Assembly: GCA_001724265.1 (NCBI GenBank)
Contig: MEDY01000171.1
Location: 62,001-100,446, forward strand
DNA length: 38,446 nucleotides
Reading direction: 5' to 3'
DNA from: Rhizaria sp. SCN 62-66
Lineage: Eukaryota
In this document: piece after piece, positions 24,001 through 34,849 of the stretch
How the letters are laid out: every line of letters begins with the position of its first letter
Position numbering within the stretch: position 1 is the stretch's first letter
The notes under the pieces: model-generated
Told to the model about the DNA's origin: nothing
What the model saw: the letters and a program-made list of their open reading frames with translations, nothing else
Databases searched by the model: none
Translations under genes and position numbers: made by a program

Positions 24001-24489
24001 AGCAGGGAGAACGTTGGTCTTTCCTTCGCGGATCATAGTCTCAAAATCACCACGGACGCGCGCGAGGATAGGCTGCGCAATTGAGACATTGGCAACACGC
24101 TTGGACTTGATCTTGTGCTTCTCCGTGATCTTGTGATCCATGGAGAGCAGAACCTCACGTACAGGAACCTTGCCCGGAATCAAGCGATTCCCGTCCGAAT
24201 GGAAACCAAGCTGAGCCATAAAGGCAAAGAAGCCGTAAGAGTACCTCATCGAGTAAAACTGGTTTTGCTGGCTCGAGAAGGGAATGGGAACAAACTTCTT
24301 AGAGGCAGCGCCACACTCATACAGGTCACGAACGATAGAGGATAAAGAGTCCGTCACCTCACTGAAGTTATCAGGAGCTTCGATACGCATCTCGTCAAGA
24401 GCGGAATCCGCGTCAGGAAGCAGGATATTGAGCATCTCAGGTGAGAGCTTGAAGGCAGCGACGGAGTGTTCACCAGTCGCGGACGACAT
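19775..24489 (-). CDS. CCCH zinc-finger protein (paralogue B) with ~7 fingers, putative PUB-like and ubiquitin-like domains and a Gly/Met/Gln-rich C-terminus; exons 24489-22435 and 22255-19775, ~1511 aa (start uncertain)
   Basis: Fingers CANGQQCIAYFCPNAH, CKFGADCISYNCVYGH, CDYPDMCKHYRCPAIH, CPQGANCFN|MSTCKMVH (restored by splicing) and CRTGPNCTKWDCYFKH, plus two more degenerate ones. Ends in TAA. Confidence 0.85.
19825..21150 (-). repeat. GGCATG (Gly-Met) and GGLGG-type degenerate repeats with interspersed polyQ
   Basis: Tandem CCCATG / GAGGCCGCC units on the + strand, in frame in paralogue B. Confidence 0.9.
22256..22434 (-). other. Spliceosomal intron (179 nt, phase 0) within a zinc finger of paralogue B
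   Basis: Minus strand GTACGT...poly-T...CAACAG; removal restores C-x5-C-x5-C-x3-H. Confidence 0.9.
23512..23580 (-). repeat. AAC/AAT poly-Asn tract
   Basis: (GTT)n/(GTTATT)n on the + strand, in frame in paralogue B. Confidence 0.9.
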
Positions 24490-25124
24490 AATAAGAGCTA
24501 GAGACAGAGAAAAAGAACACATTCAGAGAGACTGTAAGATGCAGAACGAAGATCTAACGAATACATACAGATCTCCCTCCAATACTGCTGTGCAAGGACG
24601 CCCACGGCAATCTTCGCCTATTTGATGTGGGTCCCGACGCCACCACATGGCCAAGCTAACCACATGAAACAGCATCTCGAAATCCAGCGATCAATAAAAC
24701 ACATGACACAAAGAAAATAAAGCTCCAAGACATCTACATGCACTAACACCCAACAAACAAGTTTATACGCGCACAATCCCGTCTCCAATGAACGCCTCGA
24801 CTGACTGCGAAAACAGATCGACGAACAATGAATCGAACTAAAAGGATTACTTATGCTCGGCTATTCAGGCGAGCAGGCGACGGGCCAACTTTGGGGCCCA
24901 GAAGAAAGAACCTTTCGTGGGCTTTCTCATCATTAATTTTGCATAATTATTGCGTTATGACATAAAAGCATACGTAATTGTATGTTTCATTCTTTTTCAC
25001 ACTCATATTCGTCAGGAGTGTTTCACGAGAGCTGCTTGCGCAACTTCACCATCTCATCACGCCGTTTGCCCCCCCTCCCTTGCTATTTTGATCGCGCCAC
25101 AGCGTATCAAGACGCGCCCAGAAA

Positions 25125-27143
25125 ATGAGTGCTGCTTCGGGCACGCCATTTAAGGTGTCCGTAGGCACCTTTATGCTTTTCTTTATCCCGAGCCTGTTTA
25201 TTAACATGCTGCTGGCGACCACACTTGCGGCTGCATTCGCAGCTCACATTGCGCATCGCGTCATGTCGCGTCCGCCCCCGCTGCCGCCCGCAAACGTGGG
25301 CAAGCGCGTTGATATCACGCGCGACGGCTTTTTGGAGTCCAAGCTTCCTGCGCGTGTTGACGCTATTGTGATTGGCTCCGGTGTGGGCTCGCTCTACACG
25401 GCCGCGTTCCTCGCGAAGCAGGGCAAGGCTGTCGTCGTGCTTGAGCAGCACTATATCGCCGGCGGCGCCACGCACGCTTTTGAGGAGAGCGGCTTCGAGT
25501 ACGACACGGGCGTGCACATTGTGAACAACCCCCTGATTGCGAGCAAGCTCATGGCACCCGTCGCGGCCGAGGAGGTCAAGTGGTGCATCATGGGCAATGA
25601 GGCCGACGGGTACACCCACGAGCGCCTTCTGCTCGGCAAAGACATGGACTTCCCGTGCCGCAAGAGCACCGTGTTTGCGGACATGAAGGCGGCGTTTCCG
25701 GCCGATGCGGACAACATCCAGCGCCTGCGCCGCATCGTTGACGAGTCGCAGATCGTGCTGGGCCTCGACCTCTTCTGCAAGACGCTTCCTAAGTGCGTCT
25801 GGCGCTTCGTCAAGAACTGCCTCATCCCCGACTCGTGGTGGCGCCACATCGAGCGCTCGGGCGCCGAGTTGGTGTCGGAATACGCGTCGGACAAGAAGCT
25901 CCAGGCGCTGCTGCTGGCGCGGTACGGCGACATGGGCGGCCCGCCGTCGCAGGTAGCCATGTCGCTCAACCCCGCCATCGCGGAGGCCTTCGCGCAGGAC
26001 GGCGGCGGCTACCCCATCGGCGGCCCGGGCGTCTTTGCGCGCGCGCTGATCCCGACCATTGAGGCCGCGGGCGGCCGCGTGCTGGTGCGCGCGTCGGTGG
26101 AGAAGATCCTGCTCGAGGGACTCGAGAACGTGCCCGCGGGCGAGGCCGACGACGCCGAAGTCGCCGCCGACGCCGAGACGCGCATCGCCGCCGTGCGCCG
26201 CGCGGGCAGCGGTGCCGTCAACACGCTACTGCGCCTTGTCGGGCTGGGCAAGAGCGCGGCGCCGCGCGCCGTGGGCGTGCGCGTCAAGGGCAAGGACATC
26301 TACGCTCCGCTCGTCATCTCGGGCGCGGGCGCGTGGAACACCTACGCACGCTTGCTGCCGCGCGCGCTGGTCAAGCCGTGGGGTTTCTTGGAGCACATGC
26401 GCACCGCGCAGCCGTCGGTGTCGCACGTGTACGCCTTCGTGGGGCTGCGCGGTGACCAAGACGAGCTCCAGCTGCCCTCGGCCAACTTCTGGCACATGGA
26501 CGTGTCCGCGCCTGACTACGACGTGCAGAAGGCGGCCGAGGCCTTCTTCAAGGATCCGCTGCGCGGCCCCGTGTGCTGCTTCTTCGGCTTCCCCTCGGCC
26601 AAGGACCCGACGTACGCGGACCGCAACCCGGGCAAGTCGAACTGCCTGTGCTTCGCCGAGACGAGCCTCGAGGCCTTCGCCCTGTTCGAGGACGCGCAGG
26701 GCAAGGCCTCGGGCCGCCGCGGCGCCGAGTACGAGGCATACAAGCGCGAAGTTGGCTAGCGCATGGTGGACAAGATGCTGGAGCGGTTCCCGCAGCTGCG
26801 CGACCGGATCGAGACGGTGGACTTCGCGACCCCCTTCACCAACCAGCACTTCCTCAACGCCGCGCACGGCGAGTCGCTCGGCATCCGCTGCAACCCGTAC
26901 CGCCTCTCGCACAACGGCATGGACTTTTTGCGGCCCGCGACACCGGTTGAGGGGCTCTACCTCACGGGGCAGGACGCCGCCATCCCTGGCGTGTTCGGCG
27001 CCATGGTCGGCGGGCTGCTCTGCGGCCAGGTCGTCACGGACCTGCCCGACGCCATCGCCAGCGCGGGCTTTGTCTCGCGCCTCCCCGCGACATACATCGA
27101 CATGATGCGCCACTTTGTCTCCTCCAAGAAGAGCGTCGTCTAA
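25125..27143 (+). CDS. RETSAT: All-trans-retinol 13,14-reductase (retinol saturase)/CrtI-family FAD oxidoreductase, ~672 aa, containing one in-frame TAG (26757)
   Basis: Hydrophobic N-terminus, then the Rossmann motif DAIVIGSGVGSLYTAAFLAKQGKAVVVLEQHYIAGGATHAF...YDTGVH, GGGYPIGG and FPSAKDP. After the TAG come the family C-terminal motifs FPQL, TPFTNQHFL and RPATPVEGLYLTGQD...GVFGAMVGG. Ends in TAA. Confidence 0.9.
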
Positions 27144-28575
27144 ATATAGATCTGGCGCCCTCTATAAGAATAGCATCGCCTCACGCAGCAATATGCGACT
27201 TGCACGCACGGAATGGGATCTATGTCTTTTATCTCTCTTTTTTTGGTGATATTTTATTGACATTTGTGCTGCCATTGTCGCTTTCTTTTTCTTCTTTTGT
27301 AAACGTGTGTTGTTTTCTTCAACTTGAATCACTCCTTCGATCATATTGTGCCTTCTTAGTCATCTCTTCGTCAAGCATCTTCATTTTGACTACTCTACGT
27401 GTAATAATCTCTTTTTTATATTCATGACTCCATATCTTTGTTTGTTCATCTTTGTGTTGTGCTGTGTCTTGTTGCATCTCATCGTCTCTTGCAAACGCAC
27501 TCTGACTCACAGCAACACTCCATGGCGACTAGTCATCATGCTCAGCGTGGGTACCCGCACATGCACTGGTTTTAAGTCACAAATCTTACAGCGACGTGTG
27601 TAGCATCGAGCACACATCGTTGTATATACTGCCGAAGAAAGTTGACGTTTTTCGTGTTTGATCTTTTATCACCTGTTTCTTTTGGTCCGATCGCCTTCGT
27701 CTTTGTGTCACTAGTCGCATTGCGGACGCATTAATAACCCACAACTGAAAACCGACGTTCGTGTAAGCGAGCTGCAAAATTGCAAGTCGACTACATGGTT
27801 CAGCCGCACTTAATACATTATTTAATCGCTATTTTATCATCTGATGGCCTTTCTTCAAAGTTGAACGATGCGCGATATCACCTGTCGAAGCGCACGACAG
27901 AACACCGCGGCACCTGCGACCCCGCTCTCGACGTCGATGGCGACTCTTCTCACATCGTTCTCGCAGTGAAATGTCCGTCGTTTAGACATGCGGTGGTACT
28001 ATCTTGATGTACTAATGACTTTTGTTTACACACTTAAAATTAAACGTGCTAAGTCTTCGTTTAGACTGCACAAGACGAGTTTGAAAGACGTTTGAATCTG
28101 GTCGTTAAGCTTGCTCCGACTAGGGAGCATTAATCCGGCCCAGCCTTCGCAACTTGGCAGACATACGAGGCTTACTTATGTTATCATTTATGCACGACTA
28201 CGATTTAGTTGGATATGTTGTTTTAATAACGAGCTGTGCTTTTATTGCGCCGATTCATTGGAGGTGCGGCTACGCGCCTTCTTCACGCCGCCCTTGTTGT
28301 TATCTTTCCTAGCTTCGATGCATGGAGAAATGAAGTAGAATGTTTGTAATTTCACGTGCTTCAATTAACTCGCTTTGTAACGAATTTACTTTATTCACCT
28401 TTTGCTTGTACGCCCGCCTCTCAAAGCTGCAGCCAGCTTTACCAGTCGGTACCCTCAGCGCGCTTTCCTACTTTTACCAGCGCACAGTTTTCTGTTGCGC
28501 CTCCTTGCCACTGCTCTTGCTCCGACTCGTGCACACGCCTCTTGATTTTTTGTCAGTGCTGCTTGCTCTGGTGTA

Positions 28576-31500
28576 ATGGTTGGAGCGAAAAAGCGCCGTG
28601 AGCGCGCACTCGCCGTAGCCGCGCTCCACACTAACCGTCCGTTTCCTTTCTAAATTCACACGTTCCGCCTCACTTTGCCATCTTCGCTCGTTACGACTCT
28701 GACCTGCTGTCTCTGGGCGTTCTCTCCTTGGCTTACCACATTTTTTTTCTCTCCGATCTTCTTGTATCCCCGCACGCCCGCGTACAGGCTCGTCGTGCCC
28801 GCACCTGAGCCGCTTCCTGGCGCTGCCCCGCGCGCAGGCCTACCTCGTCGCGCTCGTCGTCCGCGCTGCCGTCGCCGCACACCTCCGCCGCGCGCCCGCG
28901 TCACCTGCGCCCGCTGCTGGCACGCCCGCCGTTGCAGGCGCGCTCACCGTGGGCGCTGCTGGCGCAGACTCGGACTCCGAAGCTGACGCAGACGCCGCAG
29001 GCGCGTGCTGCGACTGCTTCTGCGGCGGCGACGACAGCGGTAGCTCCGGTTGCGCTGCTGGCCTGGGCAGCGACGACATGCCCTCGCTTGAGGAGCTCTA
29101 CAGCGTCCGCTCCAAGCGCGCGCGCGCCGCCGCACCTGCCTCTTCGGCCTCAGTCTCCGCCTCCTCTGTCTCCGCCTCAGGCTCTGCCTCTGGCTCTGCC
29201 TCTGGCTCTGCCTGTGGTTCTGCCTCTGTTCCAGTGCACTCGCACGCGCACGCGCCGTGGCGTCCGCGCTGGAGCTCGTGCCCCGCCGCGCCCTTCCCTG
29301 TGCCGCTGCCCAGTGGCGCTGCCACATGCCCCACTGCCAGTGCTAGCGCGAGCGCGAGCGAGAGCGCAACCGTCGTCCAGTTCCCCTTCGCCGTGCCCGC
29401 CTCGGCGGTGCCCTGGCGCGCGCTGCTGTGTCCCTCCGACGCCGCCACAGACGGCTTTGCGGACACGGGCGCCAAGGACTCCTCGGTGGCTGCTGCGGGC
29501 ACCTCTGCTGCAGACACGGAGAGCGCGCGTGAGGCGCTCTTGACCCACTTCACTGCCACGGCCGCGACCGATAGCGAGGCCGCTACTGGGACGTTCACGC
29601 CTGAGGTGCTGCGCCACGCGAACCCGCTGGACCTGGCCACCACCGCGGCCGTCGCCGCCGCCGTTGCCGTCGCCTCCGCGCCGCGCGCCCGTCCCGGCGC
29701 CGGCGCCACTGTGGGCACGCGTGGGTCCTGCGGCGCTGCGGCCAAGGAGGCGTGGGCAGCGGCCAACGCGGCCTTCTTTGCGCCCGTGGTCGCCGCGCTC
29801 AAGGCCGGCTCGGCCGCTGCCGCTGATTCCGCCTCAAATGCGGCTGCGGCGCCTTTGTTGTCGCACACCTCGGCGTTGGCGCCAGCGTCGGCGTCCGCTG
29901 CCGGCCGTGAGGGCTGGGCGCTGGACCAGATGCTCAGCTTCCAGACACACCACGCCCGCCGCGCGCGCCGCCTCGGCCGCGTCGGTGCCAGCTCCGCGAA
30001 CCCGCGCAAGCGCGCCGCGCCTTCGAGCTCCGCCGCGGGCGCCGATACAGGCGCGAGTACTGGAGCACCTAGGTGCGGGCGTGGCGTGATGGTGGACGCG
30101 CACGTGTGCCTCGAGTGCACGGCCCCGCTCTCGCGCCTTTCCGCCGCGGGCGCCGCGCCGCCTCCCGCCCCTTCCGCCGCTGACGCGTCTGAAGCCCCTG
30201 CCGCTGATGGCGCTGCATCGCCGCAGTGCGCGTCGCCGCTGCCGCGGTACTTCGGCGCCGCGCACGATCCGCTCTCGGCGCATACGGCGGCCACGGGCCA
30301 CTGCCTCTCGTTGCGCCTCGGCACGCGTGTTGGTGCAGGCCGCACCGGCGCTGGCGCTGACACTGGTGCAAGTACGCGCCGCGGCCCCCGCGGCAACAAC
30401 AGTTGTGGTGGGAACGCGCCGCCGCCGGCGGTGGCGGTGCACTGCGCGGTGTGCAACGACTGCGTGTACGCGACCGTGGTGGAGAGCCTGCTCTCGCGCA
30501 CCGCAGCGCTGGTCGCGGCCGCCGCCGCCACCGTCGCGCCGCTGCCCGCCGTGGCCGCCGCGCTGGCGAGCCCCGCGGCAGTGGCCCGTGACTGCGCGCG
30601 CATCGCGGACGTCTTCGCCGCCGCCGCCAGCGCGCCCCCCGCGGCGCCCGCGCCCGACCCAGCGCGGTCCTTCTACGCGCTGCCGGTGCCGCCCGCGGTC
30701 GCTGCCGCGGCCACCGCTGCCGCCGCCGCGCGCGCCGCCTTTGAGGCCGGCGCCACGCCGCCCGCGCCGCCCGTCGCCGACGCCGCGGCGGACGGGGCTG
30801 GCACGCCGTGGGGCGCGCTAGACGCGCTGCTGAGCTCGCCTGCGCCGGACACGGCCGCCGACGCCGGCGCGCTCGTCGCGCTGACCGTCACCGTGCTCTC
30901 CGCCGCCGCGGCTGCCGCGGCCGCCGCCTCCGCCGCGGACGCCGCGGACGGCGCGGCCGAGGTGAAGCTTGAGCGCGTGGGCGCGTCGCCGACCAAGCGG
31001 ACCGTCGCTGCGGGCGCGCTGCCGGCCGGGTCCTTCGCGGGTCTCTTTGCGCCTGCGCTTCTGGCGCCCGCGCCTGCGCCCATCCCAGCGTTTGTGCACG
31101 CGTCTGGGTCTGTGGGGACGAAACTGCAGCCCTCCAGCGGCGGGACCGCGCAGCTGCAGCAGTCGGCGCTTGCGCAGCAGCAGCAGGACACGGCGCTGGC
31201 GACCGCGACGGCGGCCGCTGGGGCCGCAGCGGCGTCCTCCGCGTCCGCGGCGGCCGCGCCGTTTGGCCTGCCCGAGCTGGCGGGGCTGCGCGGGATCCTG
31301 AACCTGGGCGCGACGTGCTACCTCTCGGTCGTGCTGCAGGCGCTCACGCACACGCGCCCGCTCGCCACGCACCTGCTCGCGCATCCCGCCGTCGCCGCCG
31401 CCGAGGCCTGCTCCGCCGCGGCCACCACCGTCGCAGACTCGGTTGCTGGCGGCAGCGACAGCGGCTGCGGCGGTGGCGCCGAGCTCCCGCTGCTACCGCA

Positions 31501-34500
31501 CTCGCGCCGTGCGTGCGTGATCGCGCGCCGCAAGGCGAACCGGTTGCCCGTGGCGCCGCCCGCGCCCGCAACCGCGAAAAGTGCTGCGCAGGAGTCCGAC
31601 AGCAGCACTGGTAGCGGCAGCAGCAGCGACGCGGACGACGTGATCGCGCACTCGTTCTTCGGCACGCCGTTGTCGGCGCCGCTGCCGCTGCTCGCGCCGC
31701 CCGTGCGCGGGCCCGCCGCGCTGCAGACGCTGCTCGCGCCGCCCGACCGCGCCGTGGGTGGCGCGATCCGCGGCGGTGACACGCACGGCGCCGCGTCCTC
31801 GCGCTTGCGCCGCGCGCTCGCGCTCGCCATCCGCGCGCAAGCTGTTGCCGATGGCGCAGCAGCGGACGAGGCGCACGTGCCCGTGTGTCCTGCGCCCTCA
31901 CCCGCCGCGACGCTCGCCTCTGCGACGACCGCGGGGCTGTCCTTCGGCGCCGCGGGGGACTCGATGAGTCTCACCGGCGCCTCGTCCGGCGGAGCGTCCT
32001 CTGCCCCCGTGGCCGCCGGTGACGTTGCGCCCAACCACGGCCCGCTCGTGGCGCAGGCCCAGGCGCAGACGCAGGCGATGCTTACCGCGACCGGGACCGC
32101 GAACGCCGCGGTCGCCGCTGCCGTCGCGGCCACAAGCCCCGTCTCAGCGACTGGCGCGGCCGTGCGCGCGGTCGCCGCCAGCGCGGGCTATATGGACCCA
32201 GCGGTCGCGGCCACGCTGCTGACGGCCCTGGCCGCGCCGCCGCCCGCACCCGCGGCCGCGCTGCCGTGGCTCGCGGCCGGGATGCAGCCCAGTGACGGCG
32301 GCTCCTCCGCGGCCGCGGTCCGCCGCGCCGGCGCCGCCGTCGCCGCCGCGGCCTCCGCGCTCAACGCGGCCGCCTTCGCCGGGGGCAGCGGGACCAGCGC
32401 TGCCTGGTTCACTGCCGGTGCGCCTGGCGTGGCCAACGGCACCGCGGGCACGGCCGGTGTCAGCGCCGCGACCGGCTCCCTCGGCACCACCTTGGCAGGC
32501 GCAAGCATGACTGGCGGCCTGCTCGCGGCTGACGGGGCGGTGCCGCTGTACGACGACGACAACGGCGCCGACGTGCACAGCCTGACGTCGTCGCTGTCCG
32601 AGCTGGCGCCGTGTCTGGCGTGCGAACTCGAGTCCGTTGTCTCGGCGATGCACTCGGGCGACGCGTACCCGCTGCCGCCGGCCGCCACGGTCTACGCGCT
32701 GTGGCAGAACTCGTACGAGCTCGCGGGCTACGGCCAGCACGACGCGCACGAGTGCCTGCTCGCCTTCATGGGCAACGTGCACTCGTCGACGCTGGCCGCC
32801 AATGCCGTCGTCGCCATGGCCGCCGCGGCTCAGATTGCGCAGACCGCAGAGCCACCCGCCTGCGGCGCGGCTGCTAACGGCGCGGACGCGTGTGGCGCAG
32901 ACGCCGCCTGCGCGAGCCATGCGACGAGTCACGCGGCAAGCCACGCCGCTGCGCTGACCGCGCTCGCGCCACCAGCGCCGGCGGGGACCTCGGCCGCGAA
33001 CGCCAAGGACCTAGACTGCTGCATCATGCACCGTGTCTTCGGCAACGCCGTCGCGGGCGAGACGCTGTGCGTCAGCTGCGGCCACGTCTCCACGGCGCTC
33101 GAGTCGGGCGTCGACTTGGGCCTCACCATCCCACCCCCGGAGCTGCTCCCGATGCCGCCCACACCGCCCTCGACCGCAGCCGGCAGCGGCGGCACGGGCC
33201 TTGCCGCGGACGCCGCCACCGTAGTCGGCGCAGACGCGCTTGTGGGACCCGGCGCATGCGGTGCCGACGGCGCCACCAGCTCTCAATGTGCAGGCGCCCC
33301 CGCGGTCTCTGCGGCTGACGGCAACAACGCGATGTGGCTCTCAATCGAGTCTGCTTTGGCGGACGCGGCCGCAGCGCCCAGTGGCAACGCCAGAGCGAGA
33401 GCCAGAGCGAAGGCGGCTGCCGTGGCCGCGGGTATTGACCTTGCCGACGACACCGACAACGACGACACGACTGGAGAGGGCGAGACGGGCACCGACGCCG
33501 ACGCCGACGGCGAGGGAGAGGAAAGCATGGGCACAGGCACCGTGACGCCGAACAACGAGGACGAGGAAGAGGACGAAAACGACGACGGCGACGGCGACGG
33601 CGACACCGACGCTGACGCCGACCGGACGGGCGCCACGCCCGCCGACGACGAAGACGGCGAGGTGGATAGCGAGCCCTTCACTGGCACTGACGACAACGGC
33701 GACATGTTCACCATCGCGACAGGTGCATCCGCCGCCGCTGACGGCAGCGCGCTGACTGGCGACGCCGGCGCTGCGGGGGCTCTCGACCCCGCCTTGGCAG
33801 CCGCGACGAGCGGGGACACGCTGGCCATCGGCGGACGCGGCGGCTGGCGCGGGCGCGGGCGTGGGCGCGGCGGCCGGGGCCGGGGCCGTGGCCGTGGTCG
33901 CGGCCGCGGTCGTGGTGGCCGTGGTGGCATCACGCGTGGGGACGCAGACAACGCCTCGGGCATCTCGGCCACTGCCGCCGCGGCCGCCGCCCGTGCCGCC
34001 GCGGCCGCCGCGCGCGCGGCCGCGCATCAGCGACTGTACCGGCTGGTGCCGCTGGAGGAGTGTCTGGCCCGCTTCACCGAAGCCTCGTACCTCGGCGCGC
34101 AGCAGCTGCTGCGCTGCGACGGCTGCCAAGCGTTGTCTCCGTGCGTGCGCCGGAGCGCGCTGGCCGTGGCGCCGCGCGTGCTGTGTCTGCAGCTGAAGCG
34201 CTTCGACTTCGGCAAGGCCTCGCGCACGGGCCGCGCCCTGGCGTCGCCGATGAAGCTGAGCACGCCGGTCGCGTTCCCGCTGCGCGGGCTCGACATGGCG
34301 CCCTTCCTCAGCGTCAACCAGCGCGCCATCGCCGACTCTAAGGACGCCGCAGTGCAGCGCTGGGAGGCCGCCAACGCCAAGGACCCGGACACCAGAGCGG
34401 CCGCGGCGGCCGCGCTTGCGGCGGCTGCCCACAGTGCTAAGCCTGGCTCTGCGGCTTTGTTGCAGCCGTCCGTGGCGGCACCGCTCTTGTACGATCTGTA

Positions 34501-34849
34501 CGCCGTGGTTGTGCACATCGGCAGCATGAGCTCGGGCCACTACATTGCGTACGTGCGTAAGGGCCCCTTCTGGTTCCTGTGCAACGACGCCTTTGTGCTG
34601 CCCGTCTCCGAGGCCGCTGTCGCCACCGCCGAAGCCTACCTCCTCTTCTACGAGCGCCGCGCAGCCTCTACCGCCGCGGCCGACGCTGCGGCTGCTTGCG
34701 CGCGCGACACCCACGCGGTCAAGCAAGAAGCCTTTGGTGCCGCCGCTCATACCGACATTGCAGCGGCAGCAGCTGCAGTACGCGTTGACGCAGACAACAT
34801 CCTTAGCAGCATTAGCAGCATTAAAGCTGAGTCCCCAACGTACTTTTAA
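28576..34849 (+). CDS. USP22: USP22/Ubp8-like ubiquitin-specific protease (ZnF-UBP plus peptidase C19) with very large low-complexity insertions; exons 28576-28597 and 28788-34849, ~2027 aa
   Basis: Spliced N-terminus MVGAKKRRSSCPHL. Dispersed ZnF-UBP elements (CPHL, HVCLEC, HTAATGH, VHCAVCNDCVY). Cys box GLRGILNLGATCYLSVVLQAL, then CLACE, LAGYGQHDAHE, CIMHRVFG, LEECLARFT, LQLKRF, His box YDLYAVVVHIGSMSSGHYIAYVR and WFLCND. Ends in TAA. Confidence 0.9.
28598..28787 (+). other. Probable spliceosomal intron (190 nt, phase 1) after a 22-nt first coding exon
   Basis: GTGAGC...pyrimidine-rich...GTACAG; splicing puts ATG 28576 in frame with the USP ORF. Confidence 0.75.
33836..33927 (+). repeat. 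RG/RGG repeat (GRGGWRGRGRGRGGRGRGRGRGRGRGGRGG) inside the USP domain
   Basis: Read directly from the translation. Confidence 0.9.

Noticed and set aside
4911-26759. Programmed read-through, pyrrolysine, or A-to-I editing (UAG to UGG, Trp)
   Set aside because: There is no common 3' context such as CARYYA, two genes need two events each, no pyl genes are present and Pyl is not known in eukaryotes, and Trp fits the RETSAT and Q-rich contexts poorly. Editing is not formally excluded without RNA data.
3969-27143. The three TAG-containing genes as pseudogenes
   Set aside because: All five lesions are the same codon, with no frameshifts or internal TAA/TGA, and conserved motifs are intact on both sides; random decay would not be TAG-specific.
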